Positions 50,782 to 62,352 of a stretch of DNA of 64,000 nt are shown piece by piece. This DNA comes from Selaginella moellendorffii. Its lineage: Eukaryota > Plantae > Lycopodiophyta. The notes under the pieces were generated by a model that saw only the letters and a list, made by a program, of their open reading frames with translations, did not search any database and was not told the DNA's origin. The stretch covers positions 124,001-188,000 of the forward strand of contig NW_003314379.1 of the NCBI RefSeq assembly GCF_000143415.4. The letters are read 5' to 3'. Within the stretch, counting starts at the first letter, position 1. Every line of letters begins with the position of its first letter. A program made the translations under genes and the position numbers.

Positions 50782-51375
50782 TGTAAGCAACCAAAGGGAA
50801 CGACTCGAGAGACGATCCATGGGGTTCAAATATAAAGGGAAAGGGCCCATGAACAAGAGTGCACCCCCTTTTCCAATCAGTTAAGGGTCTTGGGATAGTT
50901 GGAGTTAAGCGTCCTTGGGTTTGAATAGTACTGGGCTGGGTGACCTCCCGGGAAGTCCAAACTCAAGAGCTTACATTTGGTATCAGAGAGGTCTCGAGTC
51001 CGACTCTGTTGGTTGGCTAAGGGAATCACACCACATGTTGATTGACATCTGGCTGGTCCAGTTTGCTCCCGCTGGGCTCGACCCGAGGGGTAGGGTGTCA
51101 AGAGAGCTGCGGCTCTCGGGAGAGCTGCGGCTCTCAGCTTCCGTTCACGAGGGCGTGAACTTGCAGGGAAGCGTGGTGGATTGTAAGCAACCAAAGGGAA
51201 CGACTCGAGAGACGATCCATGGGGTTCAAATATAAAGGGAAAGGGCCCATGAACAAGAGTGCACCCCCTTTTCCAATCGGTTAAGGGTCTTGGGATAGTT
51301 GGAGTTAAGTGTCCTTGGGTTTGAATAGTACTGGGCTGGGTGACCTCCCGGGAAGTCCAAACTCAGGAGCTTACA
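50782..51375 (+). mobile_element. Cassandra-type TRIM with a 5S rRNA-derived segment in both 194-bp LTRs (50782-50975, 51182-51375)
   Basis: TGTAAG...CTTACA LTRs with 3 mismatches, TSD CGAGT, PBS TGGTATCAGAG, PPT-like GGGAAGCGTGGTGGAT. LTR core AGTTAAGCGTCCTTGGG...TAGTACTGGGCTGGGTGACCTCCCGGGAAGTCC matches the plant 5S A-box/IE/C-box region. Confidence 0.93.
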
Positions 51376-53262
51376 CGAGTATGCTCAGCAAGAAAAACAT
51401 AGGGTTCCTACCTTATGTTTATCCAATTTAAGTGCACGGTCATTGACCAGTTTCTCAACTAACTCAAGTGGGAACTAATAATAGGCCCAGTAATACTGAC
51501 CTTCTGCCGTCGTGGCTGTAAGGAAAGAATATCCAAAGGATTAACTGATAGGTAACTTTTGATACTTGAAGTCACATTCGCGACAAATGGTACAATGGTT
51601 TAAGCACAACCACTCATGAGGATTGGAGTATTCTCCTGGACATCTTTAAATGCACATTTAGACATGCCAAGAATTGTGATGATGCCTTCCAACAATTGCA
51701 TCATTTTTGTCAAAGGCTGAGTTAATAATGCAATTTAGCATTCGTTTCCGAAGCCTCTTACTTTGTATAGAGCCAAATATGTCAGAGTGGATCAAGCTGG
51801 GAATGTTATAGCCAACACTTCGACAAGATTTTGTAGGACTTGTGCATGCACTTGCTCCAACCATTCTTGACAATGCCCTTTGCTTGGCATAACGTTATGA
51901 AACGTCGCCTCTTCCACTTCTCGCTACATGTCCTTCAGCTCCACTTCACATGGGAGATGGTCATGTTCCAATGGAGGTTGATGCTACTGCTGCTTGAGTT
52001 CAAGGACAAGGGTGAGGATGTGATGTTCGCTGCTGGACGTATGATGAAATTGGTCACACTTATTGTCATTGTTAGCATTTTCCAAATTGGCAACCTCCAT
52101 TTCCTAGGTGGAGACTTTGGCGTCAACAACATTTTGTTGGTGCTATTGCAATGAAAGGTTTGGACACCGAGATGCATCCGAGAAACAATGAGTCATGCAA
52201 GTAATAGAGGGACCTTGTGTGAATAAGTCAGTGTTTTTTTCAAGAGTATCATCAAGGGGTTCACTCGATACTAGTTCATCCATTGTTTACTTCCAAGCTC
52301 ATTTTTATAATAAAAAGTCTCCTATTAACCTTTCCATGTTGGCTGGTATAAGTTTGAATTTATCTTCTATTACTCGACCTATTGCCACACATTGACATCT
52401 ACATTTACATCATGTGGTAGAGCCAGTTTTCATTCTTTATGGCAACGGCTGTACACATGCATATGCACAAGATTAGACGAACTTAGTTGTACATGTGGGA
52501 GATCTTGAGTTTAAGTTGCAATCATTGCAAGTGGTGACGAATTAAGTTTTTGACATCATCCTTGGTATGGATTGATTGTAACACAATCATGCCAAATATG
52601 ACTTTGAAGTTTTTTTTCCTTATCTCATACTTCTTTATATTTCATCCATTCCTTTAATATCTATACCTCTTTATCCCTTTGTTTTTACCTCTGCTTCCAT
52701 TACTTTTGTCTCCCTATTATGTTTCCATTTTGTTCCGTTCTTCCTTTTTCCAATCCCTTCGATGGTTTTTGTGTTGCAGCAGTTGACTGGTTCATGAAGG
52801 AGTATACTGATCTTTTTGAATTTGACATATCGTTTGGGGCCAAGATTGCTACACGTCATCTGATTCCAACTGAGGATGCTCGTCCAATCAAAGTTCATAT
52901 TCATCGTCGGTCACCTAAAAAGATCAAGATTTTATATGCAAACGTCAAAGAAATGTTGGAAAATGACGTTATTTGAAAGTCACAAAGTCCTTGGGCATGT
53001 GAACCTCATTTTGTGATGAAGCCTGATGAAAGTATTTGTTTCTGCATCAACTATCATCCATTAAACAAAGTGACGATCCCGAATGTGTACCCTCTTCTTC
53101 ATATAGCTGATCTATTGGATCATTTGGGGAGAAGTTGTTCGTTCACCAAGCTAGATCTTGTTTCTAGGTACTGGCAAATACCGATGGTTGAAGAAGATAT
53201 TCCTAACATTGTTTTTTTTACACCATTTGATTTGTACGAGTTCTCAGTGATGTTGTTTGGTT

Positions 53263-55933
53263 TATTCATGGAATCAATGTTTTAATTCATTAGAATTAGA
53301 GAATCCTATGAATACTGAATTCCCAACATATGAAGGTTAACATTATGCTTATTGGGTTTTTTTATATTATTGTACTATTAATAAATCATCCCATATACTA
53401 ATACAGTAGCAATAAAAAAAGAAGAACTATTACCAACAGCAGATTCAAGCGTGACCCCTTTCACAAGTAGGTGAAGGTTTTCATGATTCACCTGGAAAGC
53501 TAAGTGGTCAATTTTAAGGTCCAAAAGTTTTACTGCTACAAACTTCTTCCAAACTTGTGGTGGTGTCAAGCTATAGTTCCAGCTTGATTGTCTTCAAATA
53601 TCCTAAAACAGATTGAATGAAGATAACAATCCAATATAGTGTTATGATCAGTCCTCTAGTTGGTGAGTAGGAATGAGCCATCCCATCTTTCTTTGTTCCA
53701 AGAGAATTGGGAGTATCTGTCAGTGCTTTGTTCATCCACAAATTTTAGAAAATCACGCTTTTCTCTTCCCTGAAGAATAGACCTCCTCAATCAGGAGAGC
53801 TTGATAGGACAAAACAATTAATCAAGAAGGACGATTGTGGAGAAATGGTGCCCAGCTCATCTTCTTGATCTGGTACCTAGTGCAATAATTAGCATAAACA
53901 GGTGTTACAATTTAGATAAATAAGTTTACCATAATTATTTCTTAGAATAGCCCACAGCAGATGTTTATCATGGTGTATATCTAGCATACAAGTAGCGGTG
54001 AAGAAAAAGCTATATCTATCAGAAGAACTTTTATTTCTAGATTCTCATGAAGAACTTTGGATTTGAGGATAAAAAAGCCATAAAACATGTAAAAAGGTAT
54101 CAATTATAAATTAAAATATTTACTACAAAAAATGTTCTTAGAATTTTCTCAAAAACTATAATAGCTTTCCTTAATCAGAAAAAAAAAATGGTAATTTGAA
54201 GATGCTAACAAAAGTTAGATTGACAAATGAGGTTTTGTGCAACAGATTATTATCACTGCTAAAAAACAATTTTAGAAATAAGACTGCTCATTTTATCATT
54301 AGGTTTAAGGATATACTAGATAATAAAAAATTTAAATAATTATTGCTAAAATGATATTTTAGAAATTAAAATATTATAGAATATAATTATTTAAAACATT
54401 ATTATTTCCACCATTTTAGTTAAGTTAAAGTAATAATTACTTAAACAATTTTATTATCATATAGCTCTATTTATTAAAGATACTGCAACAAAACTTTGGT
54501 GCATTATATTTTAAAAAACCATTAAAATAAAAGATAAAAAGTATTGAATATCTATAGTTGATAAAACTTATTATAAAATTATCCCAAATTTATAGCATTG
54601 CTACAATTGGAGCACTAAAAAGTATATATTTTTAATAATTTACTTAAATTATACATTATAATTTCTAACTAGATATTAATATTTTTTGTTCTTAATTAAA
54701 ATTTTAACTAAGATATGCTGGCATTTAATAAATCTTTAGTTTTCATATTTATATTTTTAAGTATTTATTCATGCTTTAGTGCACATATACAAGTATTTGT
54801 TTTTAATAGAGTAGGTGATGAACATAAACTTCATTGTAAATTAAAAGATGATGATATAGAAATACAATTTATTAAAGATAGATCAAACTTCATGTTTAAA
54901 TTTAACACAAGATGGATTGGACATACTTTATTTCGGTGTGATATAAACTTTAAAAGGGAAATATATGTGAAATTCAATGTTTATGAGCAAGGATCATATA
55001 AAGATTATAAAGAATCTAAAATAGTAGAGTGTTATATAATTGGATATGAAATTTTTGAAATTCATAAAAGTTATTATAAAGAACAATGGGCTGTGCCAAT
55101 GAAAAGATATATTCTTATTTCATATGTAAAAAAGAGAAAGTGATTTAATTTTTGTAGCAATTTTCTAAAATTATTTTATATGAGATATGATCATTTATAG
55201 ATAGCAAGAAATATAAATTTTACATTTCCTACCTAAAACCTATAGATAAAATAAATTGCTATGTGTTGCATATAGCAATGCTTGGTTTGCTTAATAGTAG
55301 CTTTATACTTACTTATTAATAAAATTGATCAAATAAAGTTTATAGTTATATGCATGTTTGTAAATTATAAACACGAGATCAATCTTTCTGCATATCAACC
55401 ATTAGATCATAAAAGAAAAAGAATATACTAGAAAGGGTTTTAAAAAGTTTATATAGGAAGTTTTAACATCTTTATAAATTGTAAATACAAGATTAATCTA
55501 AATGAATAATAACCATAAATATTATAGAATATTCAAGAATATTTTAGGTATAACCTTTACCATCTCAGTCCCCCTACAGGTTTGGTTAAGCAAACCAAAA
55601 ATTATTTTGAGATGATAATACTTATAAATGACATTGTCTAATAAATTACGACTAACCTCTCTATGGTGTGAATATTTAATATAATTATAGTTTAAAATAT
55701 TTTAATTTTTCAAAAAACTTATACCACAATATTATTTTGAAGAGGAACATTATTATTTACAATTCTCTATATCTACTATTTGATAGTAAACAATTTAAGA
55801 ATCTTCTCCTAGGTTATGATTATAATATATTTCTATTAAATCAGATGAAAAATTTAAATAATATTAATCGATAATATTTTCCTAAATATAAAGTGTTAAA
55901 AATTAGTAACTTTTAAAACTTGTTCAGTTGTGC
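53263..55933. repeat. AT-rich duplicated cassette, copy 2
   Basis: Colinear with 20295-22800; begins exactly where the RT of element A breaks off. Confidence 0.85.
54715..55143 (+). CDS. S-protein homologue (SPH), copy 2; open frame but degenerate motifs
   Basis: Paralogue of 21859-22260 with HCKSKDDDLG->HCKLKDDDIE, LFWC->LFRC and EWY->ECY. Confidence 0.72.
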   Translation: MLAFNKSLVFIFIFLSIYSCFSAHIQVFVFNRVGDEHKLHCKLKDDDIEIQFIKDRSNFMFKFNTRWIGHTLFRCDINFKREIYVKFNVYEQGSYKDYKESKIVECYIIGYEIFEIHKSYYKEQWAVPMKRYILISYVKKRK

Positions 55934-57959
55934 AATTCTAAAATGGATTAATTCTTTTCATGTTTTAATTTTTAATTATGCTGATCTTTATTCTTATCTT
56001 TCATATATCAGAGCTATTTATTATTTATATTTTCGAGTTGACATATTGACTCGACATATTTTACTCCTTATTAAATATATTATATTATAGACAAGTTTCA
56101 CTTATTATAGATGAATTTCATACTCAAAATTATCAATCTCATGTATCTCAGACAAGTATCAAAGTAACAAAATATCATAGCTCGCTCACTATTTTGTTTG
56201 AGTTTTCAAGTGTTAATGTGTTTCATGCTAGATTAGCATCTAAATAGGATTATTGTGAAATAACTATATGTCAAGATTTAGGCATGTATAGTTCAATTAG
56301 TCCCACCCAACATGAAATTCAGTTATTATGAAATTTGTTTCTTTAATTTATTTTTAAAGAAGTTTTATTTGAATTAATTTTACTTTAAATTTTATATGAT
56401 ATAACTTTTTAATTTAAAATATGTCATAGATTATTATATTATTCAAGTTAAATCTTATAAAATTAATATTTATTTTATCAGACATAATAAATACTTTATC
56501 ATTTCCTAGCTAATGTGTTCTCATTAAATATATATAGAATTATTAATTGGCTATAATTTTCATGTGCTCAAATTACTTCTATTGAAATTTTTTATTCAAA
56601 AAGAACTCCAGAAAACACAAATTCAGATTTATTCTATTATATCTTTTCTCCTTGATGATTTTAAATATTAGTTATATTGAGATTTATTGTACTCTTTTAT
56701 AACTTTAGTGAGTGCTTGAAGTATAGAGATACACTATTAATTTCATTGAAAAGCCTTGATTTATATATTGAAGTGAGAGCATTTACACACCAGTTTATAC
56801 TTTTAAATTCATTAATTATTCTACTGAAGTATTTTACATTCACACGAATACATTATAAATATATTTAACTTTAAAACTTAAACTTTCATTAACCTTAAGT
56901 GTTTACTTTAAAGGGCATTGATTTGCATCCAAACTTATAAGAAAACTATTGTTGCAATTTTAGATCTAGAGTTGTGATCTAGGATCTAGAGCCAGCAAGG
57001 TTGGTTTATTGAATATTGTGCTAAACTTTATAAATTTATGGTCTAATTTGGTATAACATTAATATAGTTCTTTCCGCTAAGCAAGTAACCAAGACAAACT
57101 ATAAAACTAGGAAAACAAATTAACACTATATCATCTACTTTTTACTTTGTAAAAGTATAATAATGAAAGTTGTAGTGTTGTTATTGTCCCATTTATATGT
57201 ATTGCAAAGGTTTAGTAGATTCTAGTTGAACCAATGGAAAAATGTTTGTCAAATACTAATCCCAAGATTTAGCATTAGCAACTTATGATAGTTATGAAGG
57301 TAAACTTAACTTTGTTAGTAATATTAGACCATAACCATCTAAAATTTTATATGGTGAAACATTAATAAAACTTTGTACCCTTATGATATATATATACTAA
57401 AGAGATGGTAAATAACCATTTAAATCCAAATACTAAAACTTCACATACTTTACAATCACCCATTTAAAAGTCTAAAATGAGTTATTCCACTAAACCATCT
57501 ATTTATGGATGAAAAACACTCATGAAAGTGTGCTATATCCCTACTTGAAATATCAAGACATGACATGCCTTAACCATAAATATAGGATAATTATTTGAAA
57601 GAATTATAATAAAAATGATGGAATACCACTAGATTGAAAAAGAAATATCTAATAGCAGTTGCAAATGCACTAGCAAAAGCATGAAATTCCACCTAAAAAG
57701 TCTAGTAGTTAGAAACAATATTAATGTACTCATTGTTTATAGTTGACTGTGGGAAAGACCCCATTAAATCAAATTCCACTAGCTTAAACAAATAATAAAT
57801 TGTAATTGATTTCAACCATCCTTTTATAGCACGAGGGGGAGTATTACGAACTTGACACTAAACACAACTATACATATATATATGTGCAACTTCTTAATCA
57901 CACAATGATGTTCTATATGGATAATTTCAGATAAAGGTTTTATTTAGTCCTTGCAAAGC

Positions 57960-59045
57960 AGATCTTCAAAGTACAACTTGAGTAAGTTCACATGGAATAT
58001 AAAATGTATCTTCCCTATCTCCCGAGGAAGTCAAAAATGGTAAGCCACCTTACCAATTGAAGCCTCAATTTCATAAAGCCCTGCAAACTTGCTTAAAGAA
58101 CTTAAGATTAGTTTATTTTTAGGAATATATATATTTTACATTTGGGTCAACTTCCAATTAATCCCACTTGGTAACCATAGATTCTTGATATTCAGCCACA
58201 CCTTTTCCCTAACTTAAAACTCTATGTCTCGATGCTTTTTATTTGTATATTTGGTTTGTTTTTGTTAAGCCCGTTCTAATGAATCCCTCACTATATTCCA
58301 ATCTTTCTATTATGAATGCCTCTATTACGGGTAATTCTCTATGATACTCAACCATATCAAGTTTCATGGGACTTTCAATAGCTCGCCCATTGATGATTTC
58401 CCAAGGATTTACCCCAATACTTAAATATGGTGAGTTATTATAGCATATTTCTAGAAGTCCCAAATGACTTATCCAATCAATCTGGTTTCCAAAGATATAA
58501 CATTGCAAATAATCCTTCAAATGCCTATTCACCCTTTCTATTTGTTTATATGTCAAAAAGTGTTATTGCCATCATACTTGATTTAATACCCAATACCTTT
58601 CTGTGGGTGATAGGCTATGCTAAATCTTAACTTGGTGCAATATTACTCCATGAGAGTTTTTTAGAACTTACTAGTGAAAATCTTATCTCAATCTGAGATA
58701 ATTTCTTCTGCCTTTCCCCGCACTCAAACTACTTGTTTGAAAAATAATTTAACCACACCTTTTGCATCCACTTCCATTATGGTGGGTATGAAATGTGCCA
58801 TTTTAGAAAATTGATCCGCACCATGAATATCACATCAAACCCTTCACTTAGGGGGAGTTCTATAATGAAGTCCATCATAAAACATTTTTATAGACGATTT
58901 GGAATTAGGAGACTTTATAACAAGCCCCTACTAACCTTAGTCATGGCTTTGACTTATTGACATGTTAAACATATCTTTACATAGTTTTAAATATCTTTAA
59001 CTATGTTTGGCCAGTGATACTTTCTTTTGAGTAAGCCCATCATCT
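57960..59045 (-). mobile_element. Decayed Ty3/Gypsy integrase remnant
   Basis: YHWPNIVKDI*NYVKICLTCQ (HHCC finger), DFIIELPLSEGFDVI, FSKMAHFIP, EIISD.D.IFTSKF, QIERVNRHLKDYLQCY; contains stops and frameshifts. Confidence 0.8.
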
Positions 59046-59069
59046 TGGGACTTTGCCAAGGGGAAAAAT

Positions 59070-59232
59070 AATACGAGGTTGAAGCCATTCTTAATGTATA
59101 CAAAAGCAAATGATAAGGATAAAAGGTGAGGGAGTTTTATATAAAGTGGAAAGAATTTCCACCTTGCAAAGCAACATGGGAATCGAAGGAGAATCTAGTG
59201 AACAAACAAGATTTAATGGAGGAATTTTTGCA
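59070..59232 (+). mobile_element. Chromovirus-type chromodomain remnant
   Basis: YEVEAILN...FYIKWKEFPPCKATWESKENL, with internal stops. Confidence 0.7.
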
Positions 59233-60673
59233 AGATAAAACCCTATGTATTTATCCAAAGTTTAATTAAAGTATTCATTTGTGAAATTGAGTAATATCAC
59301 ATGTTGGGACTTAAAGGCATGTTGAAGGTAAACTAATTAATATGGGTTTAACTAAATCAACCACATAATTCAATTTACAATCCCCGTATTGGCTGCTAGG
59401 TGAGAATTCATAAACATGGAGTTGTAGAGCTTAGAGATCAATGTTAAGGATTTCTCCTGGCTGGCTGCTTCTTCATGCTTGAATTAGGGGAGACAGACTA
59501 GCATTTTCCCATCTTGTAAAGAGTGAAAATTGAAATTAAAATTGTTAAGATGTCCTATATAATATAGATGCTAATGAGATATAGCACTTGTCATTGCAGC
59601 ATATTTGAATCCATCTGTCTCATGTTTCTTATGAGGCATTGTGAGACTTTGCAAATATGGCATGCAATTTGTAAAAAATATAACTTTGATTTTACATCCA
59701 CGTGGCAAATGTTTATTGGATAAACTTTTGATGCCTGACCATCTATGACATATGGGTCACGGATGGCAGAATGACTTGGGCTTGCAGTGGGCAAGCTCAA
59801 GTGCATCATGCACAAGTGATCAAACCGGCCTCAAGCTAGGAGGAGGACTAGTAGCAGCCCAAGAACCATAAGATTGTTGATGCCAAGGGCCAAGTATTGC
59901 AAGCATTGTGTCAGCTTGTGGATTGCAACAAGTTAGGCTTGATAGTGCATGATCAAGAGCTCAACAATCCATCCTTCCTGTGCCAGCTCCATGTCCTGGA
60001 GAGGGTCTTCAGGATCCACAGATGATGGCAATTGCCAAGATCTCAAGAGCATCATCTTCAAGCTTTAGTCATCATGAAGGCCAGGCATCAAGCTGCTCCA
60101 CAGATAACTTGTGGCAGTCCAAGGAGGTTTTCCAGCCCCAGAACTTCCAGCTCTCCATGACCAAGCTCTAAGGGGATTTGTCTGCCATCCTTTTATCATA
60201 TATCTGACTTGGGCATATGATAATTAGCTTGAACACCTGATGGCTTTCTGCTAGGAGTACTGTGACTCAATGTACCTTCACCTGCTCGAACCTCTCAGCT
60301 CTCATTTCTGGCAAGGCAATCCACGAACCATACAAGAAATCTACAAAATTTTGTCACTCAGCAAGATTCCAAGCTCTCATGTACTGTATTAGAAGCTAAC
60401 TTTCACCATGATGTTTTTGGTGCCTGGACAACACGACCTGGTGTTTCCAATCAGTTGCAAGCAAAATCTTTCCTCTTTTAACTCTATTATAGATCCTTTT
60501 TGTGGAAGAAAAAAAATCTCACCAATAGCTTTTCCTTTGTTATCCAGCAAGAAAAGATGGTAGCATAATGTAGGTTTTAACACTAAAGTTATCCTTGCTA
60601 ACTGACTAGTATCTTGATAAACCGTTAACTAGAAAAAGAAATTTAAACATAATTAACATATAAATTAGGGTTT

Positions 60674-62217
60674 ATGATGAAGAAGAAGAAGAAGAGGGGC
60701 AACAAGAAGGCGCCAATCCCGGAATCCAGCTCGGATCAGGCGCAAGGAGTGGCGATGGCGGGAGAGGAGGAGGAGGAGGCGGTGAGCAAGGTAGTGGAAT
60801 GGCCAGAGGATGGAGGATTGACGCGAGAATGGGTAATCGGCGTGGGCGAGACCCTGGCGGAGGCGGCCTCCATGCTGAGGCCGCAAGCACTGCGCCGGGT
60901 AGTGCCAGTCGCGGTCGCCGATTCGCTCATCGCCAGGGCTTCCAAGATCATGCACAAGGAGCCCAATTGCTTGCGCCTGGAGCCGCCACGGTCGAGCTCC
61001 AGTAGCATCGTCCTGGTGGGCGATTTGCACGGCCAGCTCCATGATTTGCTCCATCTCTTTGATCTGGCCGGCCTCCCCAACGAGGAACGAATGTTTGTGT
61101 TTAACGGGGACTATGTGGATCGAGGAGCGTGGGGATTCGAGACTTACTTTCTCCTCCTTGCTTGGAAGGTATGATATCGGTTTTTTTTTTACTTCTTTCT
61201 GGTGGTAGTGAAAGTTGGTATTGTTCTTCTTTTCTTCAGGTATTGCTACCTCACCGAGTGTTTCTTCTGCGAGGAAACCACGAGACAAAGTTCTGTACGA
61301 GCGTCTACGGCTTCGAGAAAGAGATCTCCGTCAAGTTTGGGGAGCATTCCAAGCATGTCTACCGCAAGCTCTTGGGATGTTTCGAGGGCCATCCTCTGGC
61401 GGCGGTGATAGCCGGCAAAGTTTTCATGGCACACGGTGGCTTGTTCCGGAGCTTGGAACCGGGGCCTTCTACGCGATCTTTCTTGGTGAGAGCTGCTGCC
61501 AAGCTCAAGCTGGGTGATCTGGAGGACCTTGCAAAGTCGAGAAGAGGCGTGCTGGATCCGTCGGCCGTGGGAAACAACGTGATACCGGGTGATATCTTGT
61601 GGTCCGATCCATCTCCAAACCCGGGGCTTGCGAGCAACGAAGGTCGAGGGATCGGGCTTGTTTTTGGACCGGATTGTACTCAGGAGTTTATGGACAAGCA
61701 CAAGCTAAAGGTAAGGTGGTGTTTTGTGTCGTTTGCTCACGATCATTGGCATTGTTCGGCAGTGCAGCTTATAGTGAGATCTCACGAGGGGCCGGATGCG
61801 AGACAGAAGCGTCCTGAGATGGCAAGCATGGACAAAGGCTACACGATCGACCACGTTGTCAGGCTGGAAAGCTCATCACTCTGTTCAGTGCTCCCGACTA
61901 TCCCCAGTTTCAGGTTGGCCTTCTTCATTTCGTGTTTTCTTTCTTCGTAAATGCAACGAAGTTTCGATTGTCAACGATGGCAGGCGACCGAAACTCGCTT
62001 TAACAACAAAGCAGCCTACATTGTTTTGGAACCACCGGATTTTTGCGAGCCCGACATTTGTGTTTTTGAGGCGGTCTTCCCGCGGCCACATGTAAGCAAT
62101 TTCGTTTTGATACTTCCATCCACCGCTTTGGTTGCTATTCCGCAGGTTATGCCGTATTACGATCATGTTAATGTTATGGATTCAGACGACGAGCTGGATC
62201 TGCCAAAAGACGGATAA
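60674..62217 (+). CDS. PP7: Serine/threonine protein phosphatase 7 (PPP family), with an apparent 1-nt frameshift at ~61861
   Basis: GDLHGQ, GDYVDRG, RGNHE, HGG, RSHEGPDAR, GYTIDH, then a shifted-frame GKLITLFSAPDYPQFQ. Confidence 0.88.
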
Positions 62218-62352
62218 AAAAAAACTAGAAAAATGCCACGACTGCCACCTTTGAGGTCTTCGTGGGCGTTGGACTTTTATGCTCGTAGGAGTCAAGAAAA
62301 TCATTCGTGACAATATATTTCCGAGCTAGAGCTGCAAGAGAGCTAGGAGAAA

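Larger units (their letters stand above)
23495..51585. mobile_element. LTR element B. Left LTR 23495-24444; right LTR in pieces at ~29138-29332 and ~50480-51585; hosts further insertions
   Basis: TGTAGCAC...GCGACA termini with perfect 5-bp TSD AATGG (23490-23494 / 51586-51590); the LTR sequences are colinear; no intact gag/pol seen. Confidence 0.85.
22822..53262 (+). mobile_element. Decayed Ty3/Gypsy element A, split by the nested insertion 23495-51585 and truncated within RT
   Basis: Gag-like WDDTQRLCEFPMCLQGMTLQW|YNGL rejoins across the insertion. Protease-like FDIILGMD at ~52550; RT FCINYHPLNKVT..YPL..IADLLD...FTKLDL..YWQI...YEFSVMLFGL at 53013-53262. Left boundary is uncertain. Confidence 0.75.

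Noticed and set aside
50900-50960. 5S rRNA gene
   Set aside because: Only the internal control region is present, inside TRIM LTRs; the 5' and 3' ends of 5S are absent.
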